From assembly GCA_030679975.1 (NCBI GenBank), contig JAUXSL010000027.1:11447-75446 (forward strand): a stretch of DNA of 64,000 nucleotides. The letters are read 5' to 3'. Below are positions 19,299-29,320 of this stretch, one piece after another. Source of the DNA: Actinomycetota bacterium (GTDB lineage Bacteria; Actinomycetota; Aquicultoria; CAJVYJ01; JAUVQD01). The number at the start of each line of letters is the position of its first letter. The first letter of the stretch is position 1. Position numbers and translations under genes: made by a program. The notes under the pieces are model-generated. The model ran no database searches, had not been told where the DNA came from, and worked only from the letters and a program-made list of their open reading frames with translations.

Positions 19299-20661
19299 TT
19301 AGAATCGAGCCCACACACTCGGCGCCCATCATGACGGAGTGGTCCATATTACCGATCTCATAACGCCAAGCGCCAAATCGGCCGCGGGAGTAGACTGAGT
19401 TTGCGTGTAGAAAGTCTTGGATGTCGGTAAGCGCCCTATCTCTACCTATCGTTGGGACCGGGTAAGCTCTGTCTACCTCAATCAAATATGTGCCGGCAAT
19501 AAGTTTTTCATCGCCGGGTTCCATCATTCGATTGTCAATCAAGCCCTTAACAGTTTTTTCTATAATCGTTTCTTTTCCAACCGATACGTCTTTGGAAAAA
19601 CTAGTCTCGCACATAAAAGAGGAAAACCGCTCTCTATCGCCACTGGGAACATTGAAAGGCGAATAATTTGAAAACTGCGTGACGCGGTAGAATGGAGCCG
19701 AGCTGTCGGGAAAATAAATCCAACATTTGGAAGACTGCAGCTTTTTATCAAGTCCGACGCCGACTACGTAGACGGAATTTGAGATTAGATTACCAGCGGC
19801 TTGTCTAACCTCTTCCGGCGCGCTTGATTTGCCGATCAGGCTATCCAGCGGTGACGTATTAATAAGAATGTCGTAAGTGTCGGTTGCGCCGTCGGCAAAC
19901 CAAATCCTTTTTTGTTCGAGATCGATTTTGACCGCGTCCGCGTATATGCGAAGGTTATCTTCAATGTAGGGCAGGAACCTGCCAAACAGGCCGCCCGTTC
20001 CGTTTTTTAGAGGGAACTTAAATACATTGTTTGGTCCCCAGCCGGTATCGTCTTTAGCGAGGATAACATTGTTTAGCGCTTTCTCGAAATCAACCACGCT
20101 AACCCTCTCGGCTATCCAGCTCTTGTCCATTTTATCAAGGGGCGTCCGCCATAATTTTTTATTGTACGGGAACATGAAATGCTTGGCGATTCCTTCACCA
20201 AACGTGCTTAATATCCATTCGTGAAAATTGCGGGCGGGCTCATGAGTATTTCGGGCGGCTTCGTGCAAGCCGACAAGACATTCCAATACGGCCTCTTTTG
20301 GGAGGTGGCGAATATTGTTTTGCAGGGGGTAGGGGACCCACCGCTGCAGCATCCTTATCCAACTCTCTCTTTGGTGCTCCAGGTAATCATCGCCGAGTAA
20401 TTTATCGACAACATCATCAAAATACTTGTAGTGGGAGAACATCACATGGCCGCCGATATCCCAAGTGAATCCCTGGTCGTCCTTGAAGGAGGCGGCCAGA
20501 CCGCCTATATAGTCGTTCTTCTCATAAATGAGCCAATTTCGGTATCCCAATTCGCGCAAGCGATAGGCGGCGCCGAGCCCGGTTGGTCCGGCGCCTAGGA
20601 TCACGATCCTTTTTTCCAAGGGCTCATCTTTCTTCCAACCGCTTTTCACTTGAACGACCAT
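19267..20661 (-). CDS. glf: UDP-galactopyranose mutase-like FAD-dependent enzyme
   Basis: N-terminal ILGAGPTGLGAAYRL dinucleotide-binding fold. The C-terminal RFGAWRYEIGNMDHSV resembles the conserved UGM RLATYRYYNMDQ region. Start refined to the ATG at 20661. Confidence 0.55.
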   Translation of the reverse strand: MVVQVKSGWKKDEPLEKRIVILGAGPTGLGAAYRLRELGYRNWLIYEKNDYIGGLAASFKDDQGFTWDIGGHVMFSHYKYFDDVVDKLLGDDYLEHQRESWIRMLQRWVPYPLQNNIRHLPKEAVLECLVGLHEAARNTHEPARNFHEWILSTFGEGIAKHFMFPYNKKLWRTPLDKMDKSWIAERVSVVDFEKALNNVILAKDDTGWGPNNVFKFPLKNGTGGLFGRFLPYIEDNLRIYADAVKIDLEQKRIWFADGATDTYDILINTSPLDSLIGKSSAPEEVRQAAGNLISNSVYVVGVGLDKKLQSSKCWIYFPDSSAPFYRVTQFSNYSPFNVPSGDRERFSSFMCETSFSKDVSVGKETIIEKTVKGLIDNRMMEPGDEKLIAGTYLIEVDRAYPVPTIGRDRALTDIQDFLHANSVYSRGRFGAWRYEIGNMDHSVMMGAECVGSILNGEKEAVFES

Positions 20662-21959
20662 TGAGTCTGTGGAAAGAAAACCCCGCATCCTTCATCCACA
20701 TTCGGCGCGGGAGGGTTAACGACTATAAAAGTTTCCATCTGCCGCCAGCAATAAGGTAGCTGGCCGGCGAGTTCTCTGTCCGAGACTGCCAGGCCGATAA
20801 AATATTCACCGCTGTTGAATTGATTTAGTACTGAAAAACAAAACTTACCTCTGCCCTTGCTTAATCTGGGCGGGATTACTTTACTAAAGTAGGTTCTATC
20901 CAGTCCGCATACCAGCCCATCGGTTCTGACGAAAGTCAAAGAGTACATTGGGTTTTCAACATCGAGCGAAGAATCGAACGTTACTTCGCCGTGAATCTCA
21001 TCTCCAACCGAGAATTCCCGGCTGGCACGGCCGTCCTTATCGCGTAACTTCACCGATAGGATAGTTATTTCACCCGTGCCCCTGTTTTCAAAGGTGTTTT
21101 TTGTGCGGTCTTGCCGGTTTTCGGTCGACGCTAAGCTTTTCTTAAGCATCAAGTTTTCATAGACGGAGAGGGCTTCGGTCACCTCGTCGGTGTAAGCCAT
21201 TGTCTTGCCTTTGTTTAAAACCAAGACACTGTCGCAAAACCCTTCAATGCTGTACATATTGTGACTGACGAGAATGAACGAGACGCCGTTCTTTCTCATA
21301 CGTTTCATTTTGTTAAAAGACTTGCGTTGAAAACCTATATCGCCGACGGTTAATATCTCGTCAACCAATAATATCTCCGGTTCTGAATGGATGGCTATCG
21401 CGAATCCCAGGCGTACGAACATCCCGGAGCTATAATTTTTGACCGGTGAATCAAGGAAGTCGCCGATATCGGCAAAGTCGACAATGTCTTTGAATTTGCC
21501 GTCGATTTCCTTTTTGCTCATTCCCAAGATGGCGCCGTTGATGTAGATATTTTCTCGTCCGGTCAGCATGGGATGGAAGCCGGCGCCGACCTCGATAAGC
21601 GCTCCTACCCGGCCTTTTATTTCAATCCGGCCTCTGTCGGGCATATATATGCCGTTGATCATCTTGAGCAGGGTGCTCTTACCTGAACCATTGGCGCCGA
21701 TAATGCCAAGCGCTTCGCCTTGTCTTAGGTTAAACGACACATCATCGACAGCCAAGAATTCACCGTCGCGCAGAATATTTGCCCGTGAGCCCAGGCCGAC
21801 CATGTTCCGGACAACTTCCGTTGTGCCGTAGAGCATTACGTGTTTTAGGTTGCGGGAGAATTTTTTTGCCACACCGTCAACGCGAATGATCTCAGTTGAA
21901 ATGCTTTTTTGGTCGCTCGCGAAGTCCTTTGCGGCGATCGGGGGTGCTTGAGCTTTCAT
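20646..21959 (-). CDS. wzt: Wzt-type ABC exporter ATPase with an extended C-terminal carbohydrate-binding-like domain
   Basis: Walker A (GANGSGKST), an ABC signature (SGMFVRLGFA) and Walker B (LLVDE). About 190 aa of beta-rich C-terminal extension is typical of Wzt_C. Confidence 0.85.
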   Translation of the reverse strand: MKAQAPPIAAKDFASDQKSISTEIIRVDGVAKKFSRNLKHVMLYGTTEVVRNMVGLGSRANILRDGEFLAVDDVSFNLRQGEALGIIGANGSGKSTLLKMINGIYMPDRGRIEIKGRVGALIEVGAGFHPMLTGRENIYINGAILGMSKKEIDGKFKDIVDFADIGDFLDSPVKNYSSGMFVRLGFAIAIHSEPEILLVDEILTVGDIGFQRKSFNKMKRMRKNGVSFILVSHNMYSIEGFCDSVLVLNKGKTMAYTDEVTEALSVYENLMLKKSLASTENRQDRTKNTFENRGTGEITILSVKLRDKDGRASREFSVGDEIHGEVTFDSSLDVENPMYSLTFVRTDGLVCGLDRTYFSKVIPPRLSKGRGKFCFSVLNQFNSGEYFIGLAVSDRELAGQLPYCWRQMETFIVVNPPAPNVDEGCGVFFPQTQWSFK

Positions 21960-22804
21960 ATCCTCTCAGCGATCTTGGTTTCAGCCATATGGAAGACGCG
22001 CCAAAAAAACAGAAACGAGGCAACGGCCAGCAAGGTCGACCAAAGCCATCCGGTTGTGTTTGAGAAAGTCCCGTATAATACAAGATCACGCGGGGCCATT
22101 ATTAGTTGCGCAAAAGGATTCCACGTGGTGATTTTTGCGATGATCCCTGTTTTTAAAGGCGGATAAAGGATGGGGATTAAAAACATCATAAAATTTGTGG
22201 CCAACGACACAACGTATGAGACGTCTCTTATCAGAACGGTAGCCAGGGCCAGAAAAAGACCTAGTCCGAGCGCCATGAGAAAAAGCGGCACCAAGACCAG
22301 CGGCAAGAAGATTATTTTCCATGAGGGAACTACACCAAATAAGATAAAGACAGCCAATGTTAGGCTTAGACGAACCAAAAACTCAACTATAGATTGTAGG
22401 GCAGCGGCTATAACCAGACTTACTTTGGGGAAATTAATCTTTCCAATCATAGCGCCGGCTGAGGCAACGCTTCCCGAGCAAGCCGAAACGCAAGATGCGA
22501 ACAAATTCCAAATAGTTAATCCGACAACAGCATAAACAACATAAGGTACGCCTGTGTCTCCTATTTTGAGAATACCGGCACTGCTAAGATAGACAAAAAC
22601 ACCGACGGTCGCCAGCGGATTGATGATTACCCAAATCAGTCCCAGGAAGGATTGTTTATAACGCGACGTAAACTCGCGCAGGAAGAGCCGCCAAATAAGT
22701 TCGCGACTCGATCCAAGATCGCCGATCATTTCCTGAAACTGGACGACGATGCTTATCTTTAGCGCTCGATCGGATTCGTATACAGTGGTCTTTTCTGTCG
22801 CCAT
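21956..22804 (-). CDS. wzm: Wzm-type ABC-2 exporter permease
   Basis: Six predicted transmembrane helices of the ABC-2 family. Start refined to the ATG at 22804 (MATEKTTVY), 1 nt downstream of the fcl stop. Confidence 0.8.
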   Translation of the reverse strand: MATEKTTVYESDRALKISIVVQFQEMIGDLGSSRELIWRLFLREFTSRYKQSFLGLIWVIINPLATVGVFVYLSSAGILKIGDTGVPYVVYAVVGLTIWNLFASCVSACSGSVASAGAMIGKINFPKVSLVIAAALQSIVEFLVRLSLTLAVFILFGVVPSWKIIFLPLVLVPLFLMALGLGLFLALATVLIRDVSYVVSLATNFMMFLIPILYPPLKTGIIAKITTWNPFAQLIMAPRDLVLYGTFSNTTGWLWSTLLAVASFLFFWRVFHMAETKIAERI

Positions 22805-22805
22805 C

Positions 22806-23789
22806 TTAATTTTCGACCTTGTCCGGGGGTAACGGTTTCGCTTGGTCGGAATACCATTGATACGTGCTTTTAAGTCCTTCACGCAAGCCGATAGCGGCCT
22901 GCCAGCCAAGGCTATTAAGCTTGGCGACATCGAGCAGCTTGCGGGGCATGCCGTCTGGTTTTGAGGCATCAAAGCTGATATCGCCGGTAAAAACGGCAAC
23001 CTCTTTTATCAACAGGGCCAGCTCTTTTATAGATATGTCCTGGCCAACACCGATATTAATGAGTTTGCCGCTATTGTAAGACCGCATGAGAAAAAGGCAA
23101 GCGTCGGCCAGATCATCAACATGCAGGAACTCGCGCCTGGGGTTGCCCGATCCCCAGACCTCGACAGACTTAGCGCCGGCGGCTTTAGCTTCGTGAAACT
23201 TGCGGATTAAAGCCGGTAAGACATGGGAGTTCTTGAGATCAAAGTTATCGTTTGGTCCATAGAGGTTTGTGGGCATGACCGAAATGAAGTTCGTCCCGTA
23301 CTGGTAATTGTAGCTTTGACACATCTTGATGCCGGCGATTTTTGCAAGCGCATAAGCGTCATTTGTCGGCTCCAAGGGCCCGGTTAAGAGATACTCTTCC
23401 TTGATCGGCTGGGGCGCTTTTTTCGGATAGATACAGGAACTGCCCAAAAAGAGCAATTTTTTGACGCCGGAAATGTAAGCATTATGGATTACGCTGGTCT
23501 CAATCAGCAAGTTGTCTCGAATAAATTCTGCCGGGCAGTGGCTGTTTGCCCAGATGCCGCCCACTTTAGCCGCAGCCATGAAAACATATTCCGGACGCTC
23601 CGCGGCAAAAAAAGCTTTAACGTCCGCGTTTTCGCGCAGATCAAGCTCATTGTGTGAGCGCGTGATCAAGTTGTGGAAACCTTCCGCCTCAAGTTTGCGG
23701 ACGAGAGCGGAGCCGGCTAGCCCTGAATGTCCGGCCACATATATCTTCGAGTCTCCGCTGAAGTGATCTTTCGGGCTCATAATGCTCAA
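22806..23789 (-). CDS. fcl: GDP-L-fucose synthase (GDP-4-keto-6-deoxymannose 3,5-epimerase/4-reductase)
   Basis: [26 protein letters not shown] and [15 protein letters not shown] motifs. Confidence 0.85.
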   Translation of the reverse strand: MSIMSPKDHFSGDSKIYVAGHSGLAGSALVRKLEAEGFHNLITRSHNELDLRENADVKAFFAAERPEYVFMAAAKVGGIWANSHCPAEFIRDNLLIETSVIHNAYISGVKKLLFLGSSCIYPKKAPQPIKEEYLLTGPLEPTNDAYALAKIAGIKMCQSYNYQYGTNFISVMPTNLYGPNDNFDLKNSHVLPALIRKFHEAKAAGAKSVEVWGSGNPRREFLHVDDLADACLFLMRSYNSGKLINIGVGQDISIKELALLIKEVAVFTGDISFDASKPDGMPRKLLDVAKLNSLGWQAAIGLREGLKSTYQWYSDQAKPLPPDKVEN

Positions 23790-24868
23790 GACTCAAAGAC
23801 CAGTGGTTGATTCGGCAAAGCGGAGGCTTGCTTCTGAGCTTCCTGAAGATCGGCTTTGACCATCATTTTGACCAGCTCGGGAAAAGCGATCTTAGGGCTC
23901 CAGCCAAGCCGTTTCTTGGCTTTGGCGGCATCCCCTTGAAGAATTTCGACTTCTGTCGGTCTAAAATAGCGCGGGTCTATCTCGATTATCGCTTCTCCGG
24001 TCCGGCTATTCAGGCCTTTTTGGCTGACCCCGCTGCCTTGCCAGACTAGATTGATGCCAACTTCCCTAAAAGCCTCTTCGCAGAATTCCTTGACCGAATG
24101 GGTCTTGCCGGTAGCTATGATGTAATCGTCCGGGTTGTCTTGCTGTAGCATCAACCACATTGCTTCAACATAATCCGGGGCGTAACCCCAGTCCCTCCTG
24201 GCGTTTAGGTTGCCAAGAAACAATTTTTTCTGCAGGCCGAGTGTTATACGAGCGGCGCTCATTGTGATCTTGCGGGTGACAAAGGTTTCGCCTCTGAGGG
24301 GGGACTCATGGTTAAACAGTATCCCATTATTGGCGTGGATGCCGTAGGCCTCCCGGTAGTTGACCGTTATCCAGTAGCTGTACAGCTTGGCCACGCCATA
24401 AGGGCTTCTGGGGTAAAAAGGTGTTTTTTCAGTTTGCGGAATCTCTTCTGTTTTACCATAGAGTTCGCTGGTAGCCGCATTATAGAAACGGGTCTTGGCG
24501 CACATCCCCAATATGCGCAAAGCCTCCAGCAAGCGCAGAGTGCCCAGGCCGTCCGCATTGGCGGTATATTCAGGGGACTCAAAAGAAACTTGAACGTGGC
24601 TCTGGGCCGCCAGATGGTATATCTCATCCGGCCGAGTTTCTTGAATGAGCCGGATTATGTTAGTGGAGTCCGTCACGTCGCCATAATGTAACAAAAAGTT
24701 TGGGTGCCCATCATGGGGGTCTTTATATAAATGGTCGATTCGCTGAGTGTTAAACGAAGAAGATCGTCTTTTAATGCCGTGGACCAGGTAATCTTTATTT
24801 AACAAGAATTCAGCCAGATAAGCCCCGTCTTGTCCCGTTGCGCCGGTTATTAAAGCTGTTCTACGCAT
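23786..24868 (-). CDS. gmd: GDP-mannose 4,6-dehydratase
   Basis: [21 protein letters not shown] near the N-terminus, and SELYG and [11 protein letters not shown] motifs. Start refined to the ATG at 24868. Confidence 0.9.
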   Translation of the reverse strand: MRRTALITGATGQDGAYLAEFLLNKDYLVHGIKRRSSSFNTQRIDHLYKDPHDGHPNFLLHYGDVTDSTNIIRLIQETRPDEIYHLAAQSHVQVSFESPEYTANADGLGTLRLLEALRILGMCAKTRFYNAATSELYGKTEEIPQTEKTPFYPRSPYGVAKLYSYWITVNYREAYGIHANNGILFNHESPLRGETFVTRKITMSAARITLGLQKKLFLGNLNARRDWGYAPDYVEAMWLMLQQDNPDDYIIATGKTHSVKEFCEEAFREVGINLVWQGSGVSQKGLNSRTGEAIIEIDPRYFRPTEVEILQGDAAKAKKRLGWSPKIAFPELVKMMVKADLQEAQKQASALPNQPLVFES

Positions 24869-24963
24869 GTGCCTCTTTCCCCTAAATAGAGCGTGTACCA
24901 CTGTTCATCATACGAACAACGATAATCGTCAGATATGCCAGCGTCAAGGTTGTCGGGGCATCT

Positions 24964-25686
24964 TCATTTTTTGCTCACAAACGCCATACCCGGCAGCCCT
25001 AATAGTTGCCATTGTACGTGCGACACAGTCGCTCTCTGGGTTTCCAGCAGCTCCTGGAGTGATTGCCAAGGACCGATATTGTAAGCTGACGGTGTTTGAA
25101 AGAGAACGTCGTGCGCCAAGAGGCCAGAGCCGGAAGGCAGCCGAGCCCACAGAGAGAGATCGCGCCTGGTGGATTGTCGCGAATGGTCACCGTCAATGTA
25201 GAGCAAAATTGGGCTTGAAATTCCTTCTAGTAGTCGGCCGGCGGTTTCAAATCCATCTCCGACAAATTGCTCCACCTTGGTTTTAGCAAGATATCGGCCC
25301 CTGGCCGCTCCGGGAAATTCAGGATGATTTGCATCCATTGAATCCACTGTGCATACTCGACAATCCCGCAGACCCAAGGCTTCTTTGACTTCCCAAAAGA
25401 GGCGAGCGGATTTACCATGATGAGTGCCCCATTCAACAATCAAGCAAGGCTGAACGAATGCTACAGCGGCAGCCATCAGCATCTGCTCGTTTAAAGGGTA
25501 GGGATGGGCGCCGATATTCGGGATTACTCTTTCCAGTAATAGTTCGCTAAGTTTCCAGCAATCGACCTCAAAAATTGAGCCGTTCTTAACGATATCGTTT
25601 TCTAAGTCGTCTTTAACGACATCGTTCCTATTATCGTATTTTTTTGCTTTAACGAAATTGAATGGATTATGGAAAAAGCATACCAC
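24964..25686 (-). CDS. Class I SAM-dependent methyltransferase (TylF/MycF/CmcI-like); candidate glycan chain-terminating O-methyltransferase
   Basis: LLYIDGDHS and surrounding fold resemble Methyltransf_24-type O-methyltransferases. It is adjacent to wzm/wzt. Confidence 0.5.
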   Translation of the reverse strand: MVCFFHNPFNFVKAKKYDNRNDVVKDDLENDIVKNGSIFEVDCWKLSELLLERVIPNIGAHPYPLNEQMLMAAAVAFVQPCLIVEWGTHHGKSARLFWEVKEALGLRDCRVCTVDSMDANHPEFPGAARGRYLAKTKVEQFVGDGFETAGRLLEGISSPILLYIDGDHSRQSTRRDLSLWARLPSGSGLLAHDVLFQTPSAYNIGPWQSLQELLETQRATVSHVQWQLLGLPGMAFVSKK

Positions 25687-25798
25687 CTCCGTTTATGATG
25701 GTATCGCTTAGCTGGGAGTTATGCAAATTAATAGATAACGAGCGACAGGCATATTGTTCCCTGTGCTGAGCGGACGCCCGTTTGTTGGGGGAGATAAG

Positions 25799-27202
25799 TC
25801 AAGTGGATGCCGCGACCTGCGTAGTTAAGCTTGAGCCGGTCTGTGATCGACTGGCGGCCAACCCCAGCAGGAACCAGAGTGCTTTTTGTGGCATGGTGCT
25901 AAGAAAGAAGCCCGCGACCAAAAACCCGATAATGCCGATCATCAGCATCGAACAATCGACGGCCAGGTCTTGTTTTAACAGGCCGGCGTAAGCCCACCGC
26001 GCCCGACTCAATTCGAGGAGGCTTAAGCCGAGCAGCCCAACAAACGCCGCCAAGCCAATGATGCCGGTCTCGACGGCTGTTTCGATGTAAGTGTTATGCG
26101 CTACCATCGCCTTGACATTGCCCAGGTTAATCCACGGCATGTAGGAAGCGTATTTATAAAAGGCAAATTTGTAGTTTTGGATGCCCACTCCGAGCACTGG
26201 ATGATCGAGCCATATGCGCCAAGCGGTCTGCCAAATATCCAACCGACCCGACCCTCCGCTAACCAGGATCGAGCTTAGGGAAAACCGTGGATCCAAGAGT
26301 GCCAGGAAGACGCCGCTGAGGGTAACTACAAAAAACAAGATCCTCAGGCGCTTCTTGAGTAACGGTTCGACGAAGCCGTTCCGAGACAGAAAAAAGAACA
26401 TGACGACAACAGCGACCATGGCTCCGCGAGACAAGTTCGCCAATGTACCGATAAGCAGCAAGAAGAAGACTGTCCAGTACAACGATCTCTTATTTCCCTG
26501 GTTTCCGTTGACGAAAGCGAAAGCCAAGGGGATAAGGATCAGGATATTTAAAGCCGAGTAATTAGGGTCCATAGAGACACCGATGGCTCGGTTGGCGCCG
26601 CCGAGGATAAATTGGAAGACACCGATGAGCGCTGCCGGTATACCGGCTAAAGTTAAAATAAGCAGAGTGTTCTTAAACGTGGCTTCGTCATGAGTAAGAT
26701 CGACGACCATAAAGTAGAGGACAACCAGTTGTATCATAGTTATCAGTCTGTCCACGCCGACGGCCGGGTATTGCGCTTGGGTGATGGATAGAGCTGAAAC
26801 GGCGAGAAATAGCATTAAGACCAGGCCGGCCTTGTTTCGGGGGTTTATGAAAACCTGCCGGGTCCGCGCGAGTCTAATAAACCAGGAAAAAAAAGCGACG
26901 ACGCCGATAAGCTTGAATGAGGAAAAATCGCTGTTAAGCGAAGCGAGACTCTCAAACGGCAACCAGGCGGCGATCATGTAGAGCCCCAGCTTAGGGTTGG
27001 GAAGCACCAAAAAGGCCAATATCGGTAAGACTGAAACACCAAGACCGATTCTCGGATTAAAGGCTACTACGGCGCCGAGGCCTAGCCCAAAGACGGCCAC
27101 CACCAGCGTGATCAGCCAATTTCGATCGAGGAGCCGATTAAGTTGGCGAGAGGGTAGGGCCGCTTCCATGTTAAAGTGCGGCCCCTTGGCCGACAGTTTC
27201 AT
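25799..27202 (-). CDS. Wzy_C / O-antigen ligase family polytopic membrane protein
   Basis: About 12 transmembrane helices. A large periplasmic loop with HNTYIETAVETG matches the Wzy_C ligase/polymerase motif region. Confidence 0.75.
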   Translation of the reverse strand: MKLSAKGPHFNMEAALPSRQLNRLLDRNWLITLVVAVFGLGLGAVVAFNPRIGLGVSVLPILAFLVLPNPKLGLYMIAAWLPFESLASLNSDFSSFKLIGVVAFFSWFIRLARTRQVFINPRNKAGLVLMLFLAVSALSITQAQYPAVGVDRLITMIQLVVLYFMVVDLTHDEATFKNTLLILTLAGIPAALIGVFQFILGGANRAIGVSMDPNYSALNILILIPLAFAFVNGNQGNKRSLYWTVFFLLLIGTLANLSRGAMVAVVVMFFFLSRNGFVEPLLKKRLRILFFVVTLSGVFLALLDPRFSLSSILVSGGSGRLDIWQTAWRIWLDHPVLGVGIQNYKFAFYKYASYMPWINLGNVKAMVAHNTYIETAVETGIIGLAAFVGLLGLSLLELSRARWAYAGLLKQDLAVDCSMLMIGIIGFLVAGFFLSTMPQKALWFLLGLAASRSQTGSSLTTQVAAST

Positions 27203-28028
27203 AAGCGATAGCCAGGCCGCATCCGGCGATGAGCGCGGCTAAGGCGGCGAAGATCAAGTTCGCGGTGATGTTGGGCGATGCCGGCGTGGTTGGTCTAACC
27301 GCGGCGGTCAGGATCTTGGTGCGCGGCCCTTCTTCGAGATTGTTCATCAATGTCTGCTCTTGGGCCAATAGTGACTGCTCGCGATCGACCAAGAGCAGTT
27401 TTTGATCGATTAGCCGCGGCCGCTGCTCCTCTAATGCCGCCAGCCTTTGGTTTAGAGCAAAGACGATTATCGCTTTTTCCGAGGCCGGAATATCCTTGTT
27501 TTCAGCTTGCGCCAGCTCTTTTTTGGCCGCCCGTATCTCACCATCTATATGGGTGGTGTCCAGCAACGGTTGTTTGATCTTGGATTTGCCGGAGTTTTGC
27601 TTGTACAGGATCTCGTCAAGCCATTTAAGCGTTGCGCGCGTTATACGCAGTTGAGCGGCTGTTTTCTCGGCCTCGGGATCGACTGTCTTGGCATAGGCAA
27701 TAAATCTTTGTGCCGCTAGGTTGGCTATTTTATGTACAGAAGTTTTGTCGGGCGCGCTGACGGTTATGGCTATGATGTTGGACCCGGTGGCGTTTTCCGC
27801 GTGAACCATTTTCTTCAGTTCCAAAACGCTATATTTGAACTTGCCCTTATTAATGACTTCAGTCAGCAGGGTATCGCTAACGATTACCTCATTTAAGGCT
27901 GTCGGTGTATTAAAGACGCCGAGGGCGACCGGGCTGAGCATGACAGTCGAGGATGCCTCGTAAGTAATCTGCCGGATATTGATAAGTCCGGTGGTCATCA
28001 TAGTCACGACCATAAAAAAAGCAATCAA
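27171..28028 (-). CDS. Wzz-like polysaccharide co-polymerase (chain-length determinant)
   Basis: N-terminal transmembrane helix, a long coiled-coil periplasmic region and a C-terminal transmembrane helix (LIFAALAALIAGCGLAIAY). Confidence 0.6.
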   Translation of the reverse strand: MIAFFMVVTMMTTGLINIRQITYEASSTVMLSPVALGVFNTPTALNEVIVSDTLLTEVINKGKFKYSVLELKKMVHAENATGSNIIAITVSAPDKTSVHKIANLAAQRFIAYAKTVDPEAEKTAAQLRITRATLKWLDEILYKQNSGKSKIKQPLLDTTHIDGEIRAAKKELAQAENKDIPASEKAIIVFALNQRLAALEEQRPRLIDQKLLLVDREQSLLAQEQTLMNNLEEGPRTKILTAAVRPTTPASPNITANLIFAALAALIAGCGLAIAYETVGQGAAL

Positions 28029-28186
28029 CCACTTTCTCCGACCGATGGAGTCGAGATACTCAGTTAATTCGAAGGGTTTTTCAGCCGGATCGATCCGGTC
28101 AAGCCGAATCTCTGTTTTACCGCTTATAGCTATCTCTCCCAGCCAAATAGTTGTAATCGGCAGTATAATATCATAATTGCCGCCTG

Positions 28187-29320
28187 CTATTTTACCGCTA
28201 TCGGCCGCTCTATGGCGACGGCCAGCGTCCTACATACATAGGTGACTTGCTTCTCACTCAATTGCGGGTACATCGGTAGGGATAAAACTTCTGTCGTTGC
28301 TAGTTCGCTTTGTGGATATGCTCCGGCGACCAGCCCTAAGTCAGCGTAGGCGGGTTGCAGATGGATGGGGAGCGGGTAATGAACGGCACTGTCGATGCCG
28401 CGATTCGCCAGTCTCTCCCTGATCGGGTCTCGCTCTTTGACGCGAATTGTATACTGGTGCCAGACATGTGTTCGGTTAGCGCCGGTTGCCGGTCGTTTGA
28501 CGCCCGGCAGTTCCGACAACAATGTATCATATAGGCCCGCACGCGAGCGCCGGGCCGCCGTCCAATTTTCGAGGCGCTTAAGTTTGGTTCTGACTACGGC
28601 GGCCTGCAGTTCGTCCAAGCGGCTGTTATATCCGATTTCTTCATGGTAATACTTCCGGCTGCTGCCGTGAGCTCTGAGCCGGCGGATTCGGCCGGCCGTT
28701 TCTTCGTCGTCGGTGACGATCATCCCACCGTCGCCGGCGCCGCCCAGATTTTTGCTGGGGAAGAAGCTTAGGCAGCCAATATTGCCGATCGATCCGACCC
28801 GTTTGTCCTTGTATTCGGCGCCGATAGCTTGGGCGCAATCTTCGACTACAGCGAGCTTGTATTTTCCGGCCAAGGTCATGATCTCAGCCATATCGGCCGG
28901 TTGTCCGTATAAGTGGACGGGCAAGATCGCGCGGGTGCGCGGGGTGATTTTAGCTTCGATCTGCCCGACATCCAAATTGTATGTCGCCGGATCGATATCG
29001 ACGAAGACAGGCACGGCGCCGCAATAAGATATAGCTTCGACGGTAGCGATAAAAGTAAACGGCGTAGTGATGACTTCGTCGCCGGGTCCAACACCTAAAG
29101 CACGCAAAGCCAGGTGCAGGGCGTCTGTTCCCGATGCGACCCCGACCGCGAAGCGGGCGCCGCAAAAGGCGGCGATCTCATCTTCCAGAGCGGCTACATT
29201 GGGGCCAAGGATAAACCTGCCGTCGGCCAGGGTTTGGTTAACGGCTGCCGTCAGTTCGTCTTTTATCTCTAAATACTGGGCCTTAAGATCAACGACGGGT
29301 ATCATCAATCGCTTAACCAC
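28187..29320 (-). CDS. DegT/DnrJ/EryC1-family PLP-dependent sugar aminotransferase (WbpE-like)
   Basis: N-terminal VDLKAQYLEIKDEL. A conserved lysine region (SFFPSKNLGGAGDGG). 377 aa. Confidence 0.85.
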   Translation of the reverse strand: MVKRLMIPVVDLKAQYLEIKDELTAAVNQTLADGRFILGPNVAALEDEIAAFCGARFAVGVASGTDALHLALRALGVGPGDEVITTPFTFIATVEAISYCGAVPVFVDIDPATYNLDVGQIEAKITPRTRAILPVHLYGQPADMAEIMTLAGKYKLAVVEDCAQAIGAEYKDKRVGSIGNIGCLSFFPSKNLGGAGDGGMIVTDDEETAGRIRRLRAHGSSRKYYHEEIGYNSRLDELQAAVVRTKLKRLENWTAARRSRAGLYDTLLSELPGVKRPATGANRTHVWHQYTIRVKERDPIRERLANRGIDSAVHYPLPIHLQPAYADLGLVAGAYPQSELATTEVLSLPMYPQLSEKQVTYVCRTLAVAIERPIAVK

